From Eutreptiella sp. 'Long Island Sound 2002' (taxonomy: Eukaryota; Protista; Euglenida): a DNA stretch of 64,000 nt. How positions within the stretch are numbered: the first letter of the stretch is position 1; each line of letters begins with the position of its first letter. The position numbers and the translations under genes are program-made. Below are positions 39,156 to 51,829 of this stretch, piece by piece. The DNA is taken from assembly GCA_964036045.1 (NCBI GenBank), contig OZ038379.1:52576001-52640000 (forward strand), read 5' to 3'. A model generated the notes under the pieces. The model was not told the origin of the DNA. It made no database searches and saw nothing but the letters and a program-made list of their open reading frames with translations.

Positions 39156-39900
39156 TCACCCTGGGCGAATAGTTTTGGGGAGCGGCACTGAGGTGAAGAA
39201 CGCCTCAAATGACGTTGGTGCGTCCCCGTGTGGCGGAGTGGCGTTGCTCAGCCTCGCAATGGTGGCACTACGTGACGCCCCTCGTGAAAGGCGGCTCAGG
39301 GGGTCCGCGGGATTGCAGGCGGACAGAACCCGAAAAATAGAACGCGTAGGCCACTCTAGGCCCACAGCCAATATCTACGTCGTAAGATCGTATGCGGGCC
39401 AACAGATTCTGACCTGGCGCACAGAAAAGAGCTTTGGAGGCGGGCTGAATCATAATCTATCCCTATGGAGATGGAAGACAGGCGGTTCCCCACCGCCCCC
39501 TTCATGGCGGCATAAATGGCATAGAGTTCGGCTTGCTGGAGGGAAGATTACCACTTGGGGCAGGTGTAGGAGCGGTATGTGTGTGGGCCCGCCCCCCCTG
39601 ACCCCGGCCCCGAACTCATCCCATATCATGGCCGTGACATGGAAGAACGGGAACGTACGCCGAGGGGAAGCCGTGCTCCGCTACAAGCCGTGCTTGGGTG
39701 GCTGTAGACCGCGCCAACGTGCGAGTTAACCAGTTGCAGCTTGAATTCATGCTGCGGTAGGATCCAGCAAGGAAATGGGCTGCCCCTCCCATATTGCCCG
39801 CCACTGTTACGTTACTCAGGATTCGTTCCAGAGTGAGGGGGCACGCGGCCACAGGAGTGTCGGCCCACCCCCACATCTTTAACCGTTCCGCGAACAAGGT
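39156..39900 (-). pseudogene. DIRS-type RNase H remnant
   Basis: RVLSACNPADPLSR matches the V.S..N.AD.LSR RNase H C-terminal motif of YR retrotransposons. Confidence 0.45.
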
Positions 39901-41895
39901 AGCCTACACGGTGCGGTGCTCCGTTAAAGAATGACACATACCATACCGTTTGTGTGTCTGCTTGTCCCAACAGCCCCCTGACAACTTGAGAGTTTTCATG
40001 AACAATCTAGCTTCATAAGCAATATCCTCCGTGAGGCAGGGTATATCCTTTGCCACCTGCCGTGCTTTTGCCCACATCACCTCAGAGATAGAGTCACACA
40101 CTTTCTATACCCCTAAGTGGTTCAATAGCGCAACCGGTGTGAACTTGGCGGACTCAAAGTCCGCTTGGGGGACAGTCATCAATTTTAGAGATCGATATAG
40201 GGCTTGTACCCGTTGAATGATTGTATCCCGCTGAGGGAGGAGTTCGTTCCGGGCATTAGTAGTGAAGATGGGGACAAGTCAGGGTCCGAAGACAGTTTCC
40301 GACTGCTCAGGGTGACGAAGGATGAGATGTCCCGTTGTGTTCAACAACGGTGGTTCACACTGTGACTCCCCCTAGAGCTTAAGGCATGCACACTTCAATG
40401 CTTTCACCCTTTGGAAGACTATCTCACGTACTTGGGAATATCAAAGCCCTCAAGAAGGCAAAAGCCCTCACCACACCCTTCTATGGAAAAAGCTAGCACT
40501 AATTCACAAAGGGCTTGTAGCACTTCAGCTGTCCATCTGGATACTAGGGGGAAGGTGTCAGTCTGTGTCGCAGCGCTTGCCTTGGTTCCCGCTAGTGGGA
40601 CACACGTCAATGAGTGCAGCAGCCATTTTTTCACGGCCTTCAAGGATGGTCATTCCCAACACAATGTGTCTACACAGTTTGGTCACACCGCGGACAAATT
40701 TCCTCTTCGTGAGATGGAAGGTGAATCACCCACCTACACAGAAGCACCACCCCCCAATCTGTGCGCACACCTTTACTCACCTGGCAGAACAGCTTGCCAA
40801 AGAGTTGTGGGTGCACATGTTTTTCACAAAGTGAGAAGAGGAGGAGGAGGTTTTCAACCAGAGCTTGCAGAGCCCATCCTTGCATCATACATAGCATCCC
40901 ATCTTTAAAAGAAAGGGTATTGTGCTTGTCCAGCTTGTTATTCAACAAGATTTCCCAATTTAAGGTGCATCCCCCCGAAAGGGGTTTTACTACTTGAAGT
41001 TGGCCCCAAGATCCAACCCTAGTGCTTCATTCGCTGCATCGCTGATTGCCGGGGACTGGGCCGTGAAACCCGGCGTTTGCGCACAAAGTGCTTTTGCAAA
41101 GTCTTACACTTGCCTGCTGTTTGAAGTGTCGGGCTCCAGGCACTGGTGGCTCAAAAATACAGCGGAATTCGCCCACATATGGCGGTGGTTCTCCGCACTC
41201 CGTGCAACAGGTGGACCTGTTCACACAATGTCGCCCTTGTGCTTAATGTATGTTGGATAGTCTCGGAAGGGGTGGGTGTGTGCGTGTACGCAAGCAAGCG
41301 GGATACAAAGAAAATTGTCGTCAGCAAAATGACATTTCCGAGGATAAGCGCGAGGAGGGCAGAACATTGTGTGCTAGGAAGGTCACAGGACATATATGAC
41401 TAGTCACGCTTGCATCTTTGGGTGTTGTCCGACAACATGCACCAAAAAGTGGTCTCCCCCTCCCCTTCGTCTCGTACCCACCCCACCTTTCTACCCTTCT
41501 TTGCCCCGATTTGGTGTGTGACCTCTCGGTGGGCTGCCCACTCCGAGATTACGGATAATGCTTTACTATGTGGCCGGGACTCTCTGTCTGCTTCGTTTTT
41601 ACCCGAGTAACCGCTGGTCTTGTCATGCAATGCTATGTGCACACGCGTGACGTCATTTTTTCATCATGCATGCTAATTCACCTTGGTTTCTACTTGGGAC
41701 TCTGTCCATGCATTTTGCGAGCCTGCTGCCTACCAAATTCTATTGCCTTCGGCAGTGCTCCTCAAAGAGAGGCTGACAGTCAGCCAATTAGTCCCTTAGC
41801 CAGGCCAGCAGTTAGTCAGACAGAAACACACAGTTTGGGTTTTTTGTCAGTGGAAGACGCGGCCCCAAGTAGTGGGGAGATGTTGCACCTTAGAA

Positions 41896-41965
41896 CAAGC
41901 AGTGGCCGAATGGTCATGCAGCCGACCGGTCTTTAGGGTCAGCGGTTCGAACCCCGGTCGAGCGA
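41896..41965 (+). ncRNA. tRNA-like Pol III promoter (SINE head or tRNA pseudogene)
   Basis: A-box TGGCCGAATGG at 41903 and B-box GGTTCGAACCC at 41944 with tRNA-like spacing; acceptor and T stems do not pair well. Confidence 0.55.
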
Positions 41966-42999
41966 ATATGGCGCCGCTGCTTCTGGTGTGGAGACGGTTC
42001 TTCATCTTAGGCGTCACAAATTGCCCGCCCACCCACTGGTGCTATGGCCCACAAAACTCCGTGTTTCAGGCAGAAGAATACTGGCAGAAAACATGTGTCC
42101 TTTTTGGGGTACCCCTCTCCCCTCGGTGGCAAGTTACAAAATAAAATAGTGTAGTTCAAATATATGTAATAATTGGGTTCTATGACTGCACACAAATTCT
42201 ACAAATACACATGCCAAATGACTAAAAATGATGTTCTTTTTAGCAAACGGCCCATAGGATTTCACAGGGGGGGGGGGGGGGGCTACCATTCCTGTTACTC
42301 CTTGATTCCAGGGTCAACGAATAACACACCTCAATGCCAGCATGACTAAGATGACAAACAACCTACATCGGAACATTAAAAAAGCGAACCCAAAGCATAT
42401 TCTTGTATTTCGTATTCTTATGGAGCTGGCCGAAATTTCGCCCAGCTTTGTCACAAACAGCAAAATACATAGGCTTATTTACCCAAACAGGCCAAGCTAG
42501 CCGAAATTTCGACGGCTCCTTCCAAAGTAGTAACGTTGTCAGGGAAACCGGTGCCCGTGAGAGCAAAGGAGTACAGTGAGCACAACAACAATGATAATCG
42601 AAGCATCAAAGTGAAAAAAGCTTGTCAATTTTTGTGTAATACTTGCCACATGAACAAGTGATGCTGAACAACGCAGTAGTAGACAATAACCATATGGAAA
42701 AACCATTGCAGATGCAAAAGTTGGCAGTAAATGAGGCCAGACTTCATCATGGCAGAAAATACAATGGATATCCTATGATATTACTGATCCCTTCGGAATA
42801 GGAAGTGGCACACTGCATAGCGGCCACATTCGAAGCAATTTCCAACCTGTTGACTCATAGGAATAGATCCACCGATGTCCACATACCGTGCCCCTTCCCG
42901 TAGCATGAGATTGACAGGGAGCAGGCTTACCTGTATAAGATGTGTGAGACACATTGCTCACGACTTCGTGAGCTTAACCCAAGCCCCATTGCACACCGA

Positions 43000-43803
43000 T
43001 TCTGCAACAAGGCCTCAAAGGAGTGCCCATTGGGGGCCACGTGGCAGGCCACTGTGCAGAATTGTGGGCCTGTGTGGGGGAACATCTCGCATTCTCGCTA
43101 ACTTCAGATGACATATAGCACAAACAACAGGCATGGCAGGCGGCCCTGAACATTAGTGAGGCTCTCCGGCTGAGTGTCACGCTCCCGGGAGCAGACACTT
43201 TTATATGTGCCGATGATGGTCGAGGAAAGGACGTGTTAGGAGGAGTGTGGGCAGCAAAAGTACATAAAGGTCGACCCTGACAACACCCGACGTCAAGGGC
43301 TGGATGGATAGTGGAACCCCTTCTTGGGCCTACTGACAGGGATGACAAGTGAAAACACATACATTTCGATTTTATCCACCACTCTGTGGGACTAAGCTCC
43401 AAGGGGGCTGGTGCAGCACATCCTACGCCATCCCCCCCCCCCCCCCCAACGCGACACTGAGCAGGCACACGACTTTCTATCGCAGATTGCCCCATACGAA
43501 ATCGTGCTTGCGGAACTCGGTGTGCAGCCTGAGCCACCGAGCCTGATATACCTCTGTGTCCTGCTAGGGCGGCACAGAGACAACATTTGTATCTTCATGA
43601 TTAACAACCCAGATAGGCCGAGGGCACATTTGCTCACCAGCATAATGGCCCGCCTGATGTCTGTTTGCAAGGTTCCCCTCAAATGGGAGGGGCACAGGCC
43701 CGCTGTGTGGGCAGGATGGCACACTCGCACCATTGCAAAGACACTCAGGCTTCTCCATAAAGGTGTTGTTCTCCATGTCATAAGCGAAGACCTAAGCCGG
43801 TGA
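43000..43803 (+). pseudogene. Penelope-like RT fragment (motif C region)
   Basis: LLGRHRDNICIF (YxDD-like position), VPLKWEG, and LRLLHKGVVL homologous to LRLLRKGVVL in ORF 51830-52156. Confidence 0.45.
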
Positions 43804-44349
43804 AAATGGAGTTGCTAGCTACCAGCCACAACACCAAATGCACAGAAAGTCATTCCGGGACATATGTGTACACAATGCAAAAGCAAAACGAGCAAAAGGC
43901 TCAACAGTGTTTTCAGAACAGCGCTGATGCAGAAAACTCCGTGGCATGTGCTGCCCTATCAGGACGCGCACAACTAATTGAGGTTGCTTTTTCTGGGCTT
44001 GGGCTTCCAAGAATATGCCGTGGCATGGTGGGCAGCACCTGCAAACCGGTTCGTAAACACCCCTGGGCTGCAGGGATGCTTGAGGCTGAGGCCTTGATTA
44101 GCCAATGGTACAAACAGGGCAGGGAAAGAGGCGGAACCACACCCACACACAACCCATAGGTGTCATGAAGATCACACGGGAAGAGGTATGAAGGTATGAT
44201 GGGGGCGACGTCACATCCAAAATGGAACGGATCCCATCTCATAACAATGCCGACCTCTTATGCACTAAGCACATGAAATTCATCCGTGACGGATGAGCAG
44301 TAGGGGTCGCGTGCTTTGACCTATGTAACGCAAAGGTGAGTGTCTTATC

Positions 44350-44658
44350 TCATCGCTCTCGGCTCACCCTGCTGATGGCAAAGTCGACGGCGTGCGGGCA
44401 GTCTTCTTTGTCTGTTTTCCAGTACTTATTATCAATGTCTTCCTCGTGCACGTGGATTTTCAATCTATCCCTTTGTATCCGGTTGGCTGCATGTACAACA
44501 TCCCTCACTCCGAGCATCGACGGCAGCGCACGTGTGTCGAGGGTTATGTACATTTCATTCAGTAGCAAGCTCAGACATCTACCTTTCAGCTTGGCCGAAT
44601 TTTGCACCACAACAAAGGTAAAGGCCAAGATGTCCCGCCTCTTAATCACTGGAGGCAT
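44350..44658 (-). pseudogene. Penelope-like RT fragment (motif A region)
   Basis: PPVIKRRDILAF...AKLKGRCLSLLL...EEDIDNKYW aligns with PPLLKRRIVFAF...AKLCGKTLRLL in ORF 52446-52766. Confidence 0.5.
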
Positions 44659-45130
44659 GCATGTTGGTTTTCCATTTCAGAGCGGAAAAAGCTTTTGGAG
44701 ATGAGGGATAGAAACGGGAGTTCTTCTTGCAGCGCACATGGCCACATTTTGGTGTTATCTCTGGCGTTTGGCGTTGTGGCTGTGCTCTGGCACCTCTCCG
44801 TGTGGTTCCTGCCCTGACTCCTGCTTTGTAAAGATCTGCAATTCACTCAAGATTGCTGCCTCGCACAGATCCCGTGTGTGGTGTTTCAGGTGGCTGAGGT
44901 TGTGTGATGTGGCCAATCCCAGCACACCTTTAGCCGTGGCACGTTCTAGGATCTTGTCGGGCGCCGTCACTCTGGCATTTTTCTCTGAGGTGCCCCAGCC
45001 CCACACCACAAGCTTTCCTCTGATATAAGACTTTCCAGTGCATGTGTTTCCTAAAGTATCATGCATGCCCCATACATGCGGTACAGATGTTTGTCCCAGC
45101 AACCCCCCCCCCCCCAGCCGTGCTCATGTA

Positions 45131-46044
45131 CCTGTCGTACCATATCTCTCTGGGACATCCGTTCCCTGCCAACACGGAGCGTTTTCACATTTTTTCAGAC
45201 TTTTCTCAACTTTTGGTCTAATGCACCAAAATGTCGTCACCTTGGGGGGGGTTTGTGTATGCTTTTCGAAATCTGTGAGAAAACGCCGTTTCAGAAGTGT
45301 ATGGGTTGGGGGGGGGATAGGTGACCATATTTTTGAGTACCGAGGCCGAAGTTTTTGGCGTTTCAGGGTTTTCGGGCCTCAGGCTGCTCCGCTCACGCGT
45401 GGGGGACACCAACTCACAGGTTTTCCCCTGGGTGCTCCGACATATTGTGGAGTTGGAGCAAAGTGAAAGGAGGTAAATGGATGCATTTTGATGTGCTGAA
45501 TCCAAATATTGTGGTCTCATGTCCCAACTTGACAGCCTGTTCGAGAAATTCTGCCATCTTTGATTTCTTGCACTCTGGTGAGCTTGATGTTGCAAGTTGC
45601 ACCAGGCATCACCCGGGTGTCCAAGGTAGTTATTGGTCAAAGTCTTCAACATGTTGGGATCTTGTGGGGACCCATGTTGCACATGTATTCTACACATCAA
45701 ATGCAACAAATCCACCCGAATGACTTGACCCTCATATGCCCATATGTTGGAGTAATGGGGGTAGGGGTGCGGTGCAGTCTGTCTGAAACCAGACTAGAAC
45801 AGGCAAAAAAACCCCAACCTGTCAACGGTAACGGCCAATTTTCGAAAAAATATGGTTCCGGACCCCCCCCTAACCCATACATCTCCGAAAAGCCCTTTTC
45901 AAGGGCTTTCCGAATATACCCCACATACCCCCCCCCTTTGGGACACTCAGCGGGCACAAATGAGGCGACAAACGCACCAACCCCTGAAAACGCTCCGTGT
46001 TGGCAGGAAATCCGGTGTCCCAGAGAGATATGATAGGCACTAGG
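45131..46044. mobile_element. 914-bp MITE, TA TSD, CCT...AGG ends
   Basis: TA at 45129-45130 and 46045-46046; ~55-bp well-matched TIR (CATATCTCTCTGGGACA...CCTGCCAACACGGAGCGTTTTCA) with patchy similarity out to ~210 bp. Confidence 0.85.
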
Positions 46045-46552
46045 TACGAGAAAATCTCAAGAGGAATCACAAAGGACATTGGCCCGTCACGATAAGCAAC
46101 GTACCGGGGCAAATTATTTCGGAAGGGGGCAGTGGAACAAATGGCAAGGAGATGGGTTCTGGAAGTAGTCTTGCGGGCACTAAAGGACTTGGCAAGCAAA
46201 CAAGCAGCAGGGCACTGCACGGTGTGCATATTCCTTTGGCTACCATATGCGAATATTTTCACAACCGGTCCACCGGTCTTTGTTAACGCACCGTTTCGGC
46301 TAGGCAAAATGACCAATTGTTCAGTTGAGACCGTTTCACACCACTTTAGCTTTCTGTAACCAACCGGTTAGTTCGGGGAGACCGGTCGGACCGGTCCGAC
46401 CGGTCTTTGCAAACTGAACGGACCGGACCACTTTAGCACACTTTGGAGCACTTTGTGATGTGTGTGTAGTGTGTGTGCGTGTGTTGTGTTGTGCGTGTTC
46501 ACACCTTTGCACAGACATTGCAATGCATGGGAGTCAATCCTCAATTCATGGT

Positions 46553-47912
46553 TCATTCATGATGGTCCGCAAAGCATTCGACGTGTAGATAGCACCCACA
46601 TGCTTTGCACTTGTATCGAGTGGTGCCCATCCCACAATGTACACAAGCGCCCCGCTTCCCAACCACTATTGGTACATGCTTGTCCACCACCTCAATTTGC
46701 CTTGCCGGAAAAATGTATCTCATCAACCTCCATTGCCAGTCAAACATTGTTTCACCCCCCGGACTAAGGCGCAACGCTTGGCATGACGTAAATGCATTTG
46801 TTGCCGCTATCCTTAACACCATCCCCCCAAGTGCCTTCCACCATGATTGAAACCGGTGCTCTTCCCGGTGTTGTAAGCACATTTGGTTAAACGTATCCAC
46901 CCCCGGGGCAAACCTACGGTAGTTGGCAATTATCCCCGGTAGGTGGTATCGTCCACTTCGGTGTGGGAGCGAACCTCCGGTCAAGCAATTGGTTAGTAGT
47001 GGTACCACCTTTGCCGGCTTGCGCCCCACTTTGGGGTTTTTGTATACCGAGAGTGCATACCGATGTTCCTTGTACCACCGTGTTCACATCCCCCGGGTCT
47101 AATCCAACGTTCCCATCTTGCACCAAAGCACTTGTGGAAGTGAGCATCAAGAACGGACGCTCTTGTGCACTTAGCATCGCCGCCGCATCATGAGACCCAA
47201 AGAATGAGTCCGCCACAAGCACCTTTCCGGGTGGAGTCACATCATTCCAAAGTTGCACGATTTCAAAGGCATCGTAGTGGCCTGCAAACCGGCTCCGTGA
47301 CTCCGGACCCACACGAGGGGCTGCACCACGGTACAAATACACGTGCCAAATGCAATGGCTTTGTGCGTCGCACAACGCGTACAGTTTCACACCGGTGCTG
47401 TGAGGCTTGCGCAGTATGAACTGGCGGATTACAAACAACCCCTTGTGGGGGACCACGGTCTCATCCCCGCACACCACGTCACCTAGTTCCCATCCGCCTT
47501 GCCAGTGCATCGTGCACAGCTCAATCAACGCATCCGCATCCGGGTCCGCAAGTCGCTGCAGCACATAAAACTGTCGCCTGCTAGGAAACAGTTCCGCCAT
47601 GTATGCATTGTAGTGCATACACTCTTTGTCCCACACATCATCTATTCTGCGCGGCTGCAGCATGCCCAAGCCAATTCGAAACAGCACGTACCGCGGAAGA
47701 AGGTCCACTAGGTCTACCCGGTTGGCCTCTTCCAAACACAGCGTCATGGCCTCCAAAATTGGCTGGAACATGAAGTTCCAGACAGCAACGGGGGTCCTGC
47801 CATCCTCGGTGCCCTCGAGGAGGCTGCGCCCTTTGCGGAGTTCGTCTCCAGAATCCCATCGGGCCTCTAGAGGGGCCAGGGGTCTTGGTTCCCATGGTGG
47901 AGCAGCAGGCAT
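46553..47912 (-). pseudogene. piggyBac DDD transposase with C-terminal Cys-rich domain, one frameshift near 47072
   Basis: VCGDETVV, RKPHSTGVKLY, VADSFFGS, GVDTFNQ and C-terminal CVHC...YKCKACGCYLHVECF; ORFs 46914-47912 and 46553-47029 join via YKEHRYALSVYKNPK. Confidence 0.9.
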
Positions 47913-48377
47913 GCCTAAAAAAAAAAAACAGAATACAAGCTTTTGCAGACCAGTTTTGGCAAACTACCCTAAACCGTTCAGACCGCTTCACTTTGGATCA
48001 CTTTATCCACAGACCGGTCGGACCGGTCTTTGCAAACTATTCTAAACCGTTCGGACCGCTTCACTTTAGATCACTTTATCCACAGACCGGTTGGACCGGT
48101 CTTTGCAAACTACTCTAAACCGTTCGGACCGCTCCACTTTAGCACACTTTAGACTTTCTTTGAGTTAGCTACTACTTTTTGCTCCCAAACTGAGGTAGGT
48201 GCACCCGGCAAACCAAACACGCAGCAGAAAATCATGGAATCATGGAATCCTGAAATCGTGGAAATGTTGCTGGTGTCCCATCAAGCACATACGGCCCACC
48301 GGCCACACCGACAGGACCGACCAAAACAGTTTGTCGAGAAAATCAAAAAGGAAAAAGCAAAAACCGGGAAAACGAGT

Positions 48378-49620
48378 TACTCATTCTCGTTATCGTTCTT
48401 CTCTTCCCCGTTCTTCTTGTTGTTGCGGGCCTCCAGCTGCAGCGCGAGTCGCGCTTGTTGTGCGGCGAAGGCCGGGGTGATTCTCATCCCCGGAATCCCG
48501 GCAGCAGCAGCAACGGATGCCGCCTACAGCTGCAGTGCCTGGGTGGAGGGCTCCTGCAGAAACAGTAAGTAAAGTGGTTTCAACCGAACGGACCGGTACA
48601 CTTCGTGACACTTCGTTCAGTGACCGGTCGGACCGGTCTTTGCAAACTGTCGTAAACCGGTCGGACCGGTCCACTTTAGCACACTTCACACGAAGACCGG
48701 TCGGACCGGTCTTTGCAAACTGTCCTAAACCGTTCGGACCGCTTCACTTTAGCACACTTTAGCACACTTTAAAACGCATTGAAGCACACGCATGCCTGAG
48801 TTCCGGGTTCTGGCTGGGCGGCATCGTGTTGCTCGGCGATCGGCTCCTCTGCGCCTGCCTGCTCCGCTTGCACTTCCTGTTCCGGTTCCGGTTCCTGCGG
48901 TTCTTGTGGTTCTTGCGGTTCCAGAGTCGGCTCCTTCTTGCTCTTCCGGGCCTCGTCCAACTCCTTTTGCAACTCCTTCAACCTCGCCTCCAAGAGCGAG
49001 GTCTCCGCATCCTTCTTTTTGCGTGCACGCGCGGCCTCCTCACGGCGTCGGGCCTCCTGCAGACCACAGACCACAGTGCTGACTCCATGCATGCACAAAT
49101 GTAGGCTAGCGGACCCCTGGACACACACCTCCATTGCACGTTCGGCTTGGATTCTTTCCTCCTCTTGTCGTTCAAACTCTTCGCGCGCCTCTTCTTCCTC
49201 GGCCAACCTCACCTTCTCCGTTTGTTCACGGAACCAACCGACTGTCCGCATCTCTTCAATCTGCTCCCCCAACGTCTTGGTTTCGGCGTGTGGTTCATGC
49301 CAATCACTTGTAGGAAGGGTACCCCCACGGACCTGAAAGTGGCACGGCAAAGGGGGGAGCGAGTTGCGCACACAACCACGAACGGCCATTGGGTGCTCCA
49401 TACCGTTTACGAGCTCGAATTCGGTGCGTTGCAATTCCCGTGTGAGCCGGTCCATGGTCTGAAGGTGCATCGGCATTTCCGGGTGAACGGTCTTTTGAGC
49501 GGGTGGGGCGATGGGGACGTGGCGCGCGGCGGGCCCGGCGGGCAGGGCGGGCATGTCCATGTCGGGCTCATCCTTGATCCCCAAGCACCTGGGACACGTT
49601 GCAGCCCCTTGCAAGACCTT
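48378..49620 (-). pseudogene. piggyBac-borne spliced coiled-coil gene (exons 49620-49129, 49056-48796, 48553-48378)
   Basis: 72-nt GT-AG intron 49128-49057; GC-AG intron 48795-48554 joins EPGTQ|EPSTQ in phase 0; one premature TAG in the last exon; ends ENE*. Confidence 0.55.
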
Positions 49621-49879
49621 CTTTGTGGAGAAATGGAATAAAGTGTGCTAAAGTGAAGCGGTCCGAAGGGTTTACGACAGTTTGCAAAGACCGGTCCGAC
49701 CGGTCTTCGTGTGAAGTGTGCTAAAGTGGACCGGTCCGAACGGTTTACGACAGTTTGTACAGACCGGTCCGACCGGTCTTCGTGTGAAGTGTGCTAAAGT
49801 GAGCCGGTCCGAACGGTTCGACGCAGTTTGCACAAACCGGTCTGAGTGGTCCCTGTATCAACTAAACTAAACCACACAC

Positions 49880-50767
49880 CTGCGTATTCCTCGTATTGGG
49901 GACCACCGGCTTGACGAAGGGGATCCATGCACTTGCGCTGCGCCACGATGTAATCCGAGCGAATACACAGAGGACCACGAAGAATGCTGTTCGGGCACTC
50001 GAACATCAACTGCAGCGCTGCCGCCAAAAGTGTCTTGGCGTGGGGTTGGCCACAGAGGCATTGCCGTACGTGTTGCCCAAGCCTTGGCAAGGTGGTGCCA
50101 TACGCCTCCAACGCGTTGTTCATGCGCATCTCTTCCACCGACCTCTCTTCGTCCTCGGTGGAGGCCTTCCTGCCTTTCTTGCTTGTGCGGGGCGACGAGG
50201 CGGACTCACTAACCTCGGCTTTGATTTCCTTGAAAAATGGGACCGGCAACCGTCTTTTGGTGGTGTGCTTCTCCTTCGCCGGCTTCTTTTTCTTCCTCTC
50301 TTTCTCTTCCTCCTTTGCCTCTTCTTCCGGGATCTCCATCACGCTTTCTCGCTCCTCCTCCTCCTCGTCTTCTTCGTCCTCTTCTTCCTCGTCCTCGTCT
50401 TCGTCTTTGGACTCCTCGTCCACTTTCCGTTTGCGGGACTGCGCTGCTCGGGCCGCAATTCTCTGCCCCGGAGTAGAAGTCTTTGCCTCCACGATCACCC
50501 AACATCCGATGACGTCCTCCGTCACAAAGTCCAGGTCGCCTTTGGAGATGTTTCTCTTCAGGTTCCCGGTCTTCGGATCCTCCGTGTAGTACATTGTCCC
50601 TGACAGGGACATCTTGCCCGACCCTTGGCTCTCGCACTTCCCGGTGTAGCGGCCGCCGTGGGAGCCCTTCAACAGCAGAACGACGCGGTCACCGGCCCGT
50701 ACCTTCTTGAACGACGTGGGCACGGGCGTCTCACCATCCTTCACGCCTGGGATCTTGGAGCCGGCGC
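49880..50767 (-). CDS. piggyBac-borne exon P1: SH3/KOW-like segment, acidic tract and Cys-containing segment
   Basis: Acceptor TTTCAG|GC (phase 1), donor GCAG|GTGTGT (phase 1); about 296 open codons inside the TIRs. Confidence 0.6.
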
Positions 50768-51829
50768 CTGAAACAGGCATTAGAGAACACTAAGCAACAA
50801 AGCAGGGAAGAGCGGTCTGACCGGTCCTGTGAAAAGGCAGCAGGAAGCAGGGGACCGGGAGCGAGGTTCGGAAGACCGGTCTGACCGGTATGCATGAAAC
50901 TGTTTGAACCGATCTGTTTTCTTGCTAATGGTGCATCCCACCCATCATGCATCATGCAAACACCCAAGAGGACATGGGAAGCAAAGTCTGTGTATGTGTG
51001 TGTGGTTTGTGCATGGTGTGTGGTGGCGTGCATGCTGCAACGAGCGCGCAAAGGTAGGTTTGGGAGGCAAGTGTAACAAAGTGCTCCAAAGTGTACCGAA
51101 GTGGTCCGGTCCGTTCGGTTTGCAAAGACCGGTCCCACCGGTCTCTGAAACTGGTCTCACTGTTTTTCTCTGAAATACTATTGAGTCTAAGAAAACCACC
51201 AAAACCATCATTTCCGCCACGTTCAAAAACCCTTGACCCAATCCTTTGCCAGAAATTGATAATTTTCCCCACAAGACCAGACCGGTCCTCCGTCCGGTCT
51301 GGTAGCCAAAGGAATATGCGGTAAGCTTGGGTTAAACCAATCTAAATGGTGCTCTAGAAAATTGTCACCCATATGCCCCGACCTGCTCCGGCCCTCGCTC
51401 TTTCTTGCTCTCTTCGCCCCTCTGCACACCCACCGGTGTGTCCCGGGCATCCTCTGCCATCATACTTTTTGATCCTGTGTGTCGTGTCATGCATACATCA
51501 CTGCCCGATGAGGCTCGTATCCCGTGTCAAGTGTCCTTGTGTTCATGCACACATGCTGCACGTCCCGGGCCCTCGACTTGAGACCAGGTCACTCAATCCC
51601 TTGCGTTCACTCGCGTGTGTATGGATCACTCGCTCCCCATATCTGTGGGCCACGTCTGCATCCTTAGGCCCGCACGTGGGTCACACGTTCGCATGCTGTG
51701 AACATTTTGGGACCTTTGGTGTCTCGCACTATGCTGCTAGGGTCACTTCCCTGGTTCGTCCGGCGTGTTCCCTGCCCTCTTTAGACCAAAGTTCAATCAA
51801 TGCCTTGGCACCCGCGCTTGGAGGGCATA

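Larger units (their letters stand above)
46232..51313 (-). mobile_element. 5.08-kb piggyBac-like transposon with ATAT TSD
   Basis: 14-bp TIR TCCTTTGGCTACCA / TGGTAGCCAAAGGA; ATAT at 46228-46231 and 51314-51317; internal ACCGGTCGGACCGGTCTTTGCAAAC arrays. Confidence 0.85.

Noticed and set aside
49896-50603. Plus-strand ORFs 49896-50603 and 49984-50589
   Set aside because: Antisense shadows of the acidic, purine-rich minus-strand exon P1
46265-51300. CRISPR-like array (also 3290-4200, 21480-21840, 56457-57904)
   Set aside because: No constant repeat/unique spacer periodicity and no cas genes; these are transposon motif arrays in a eukaryotic context
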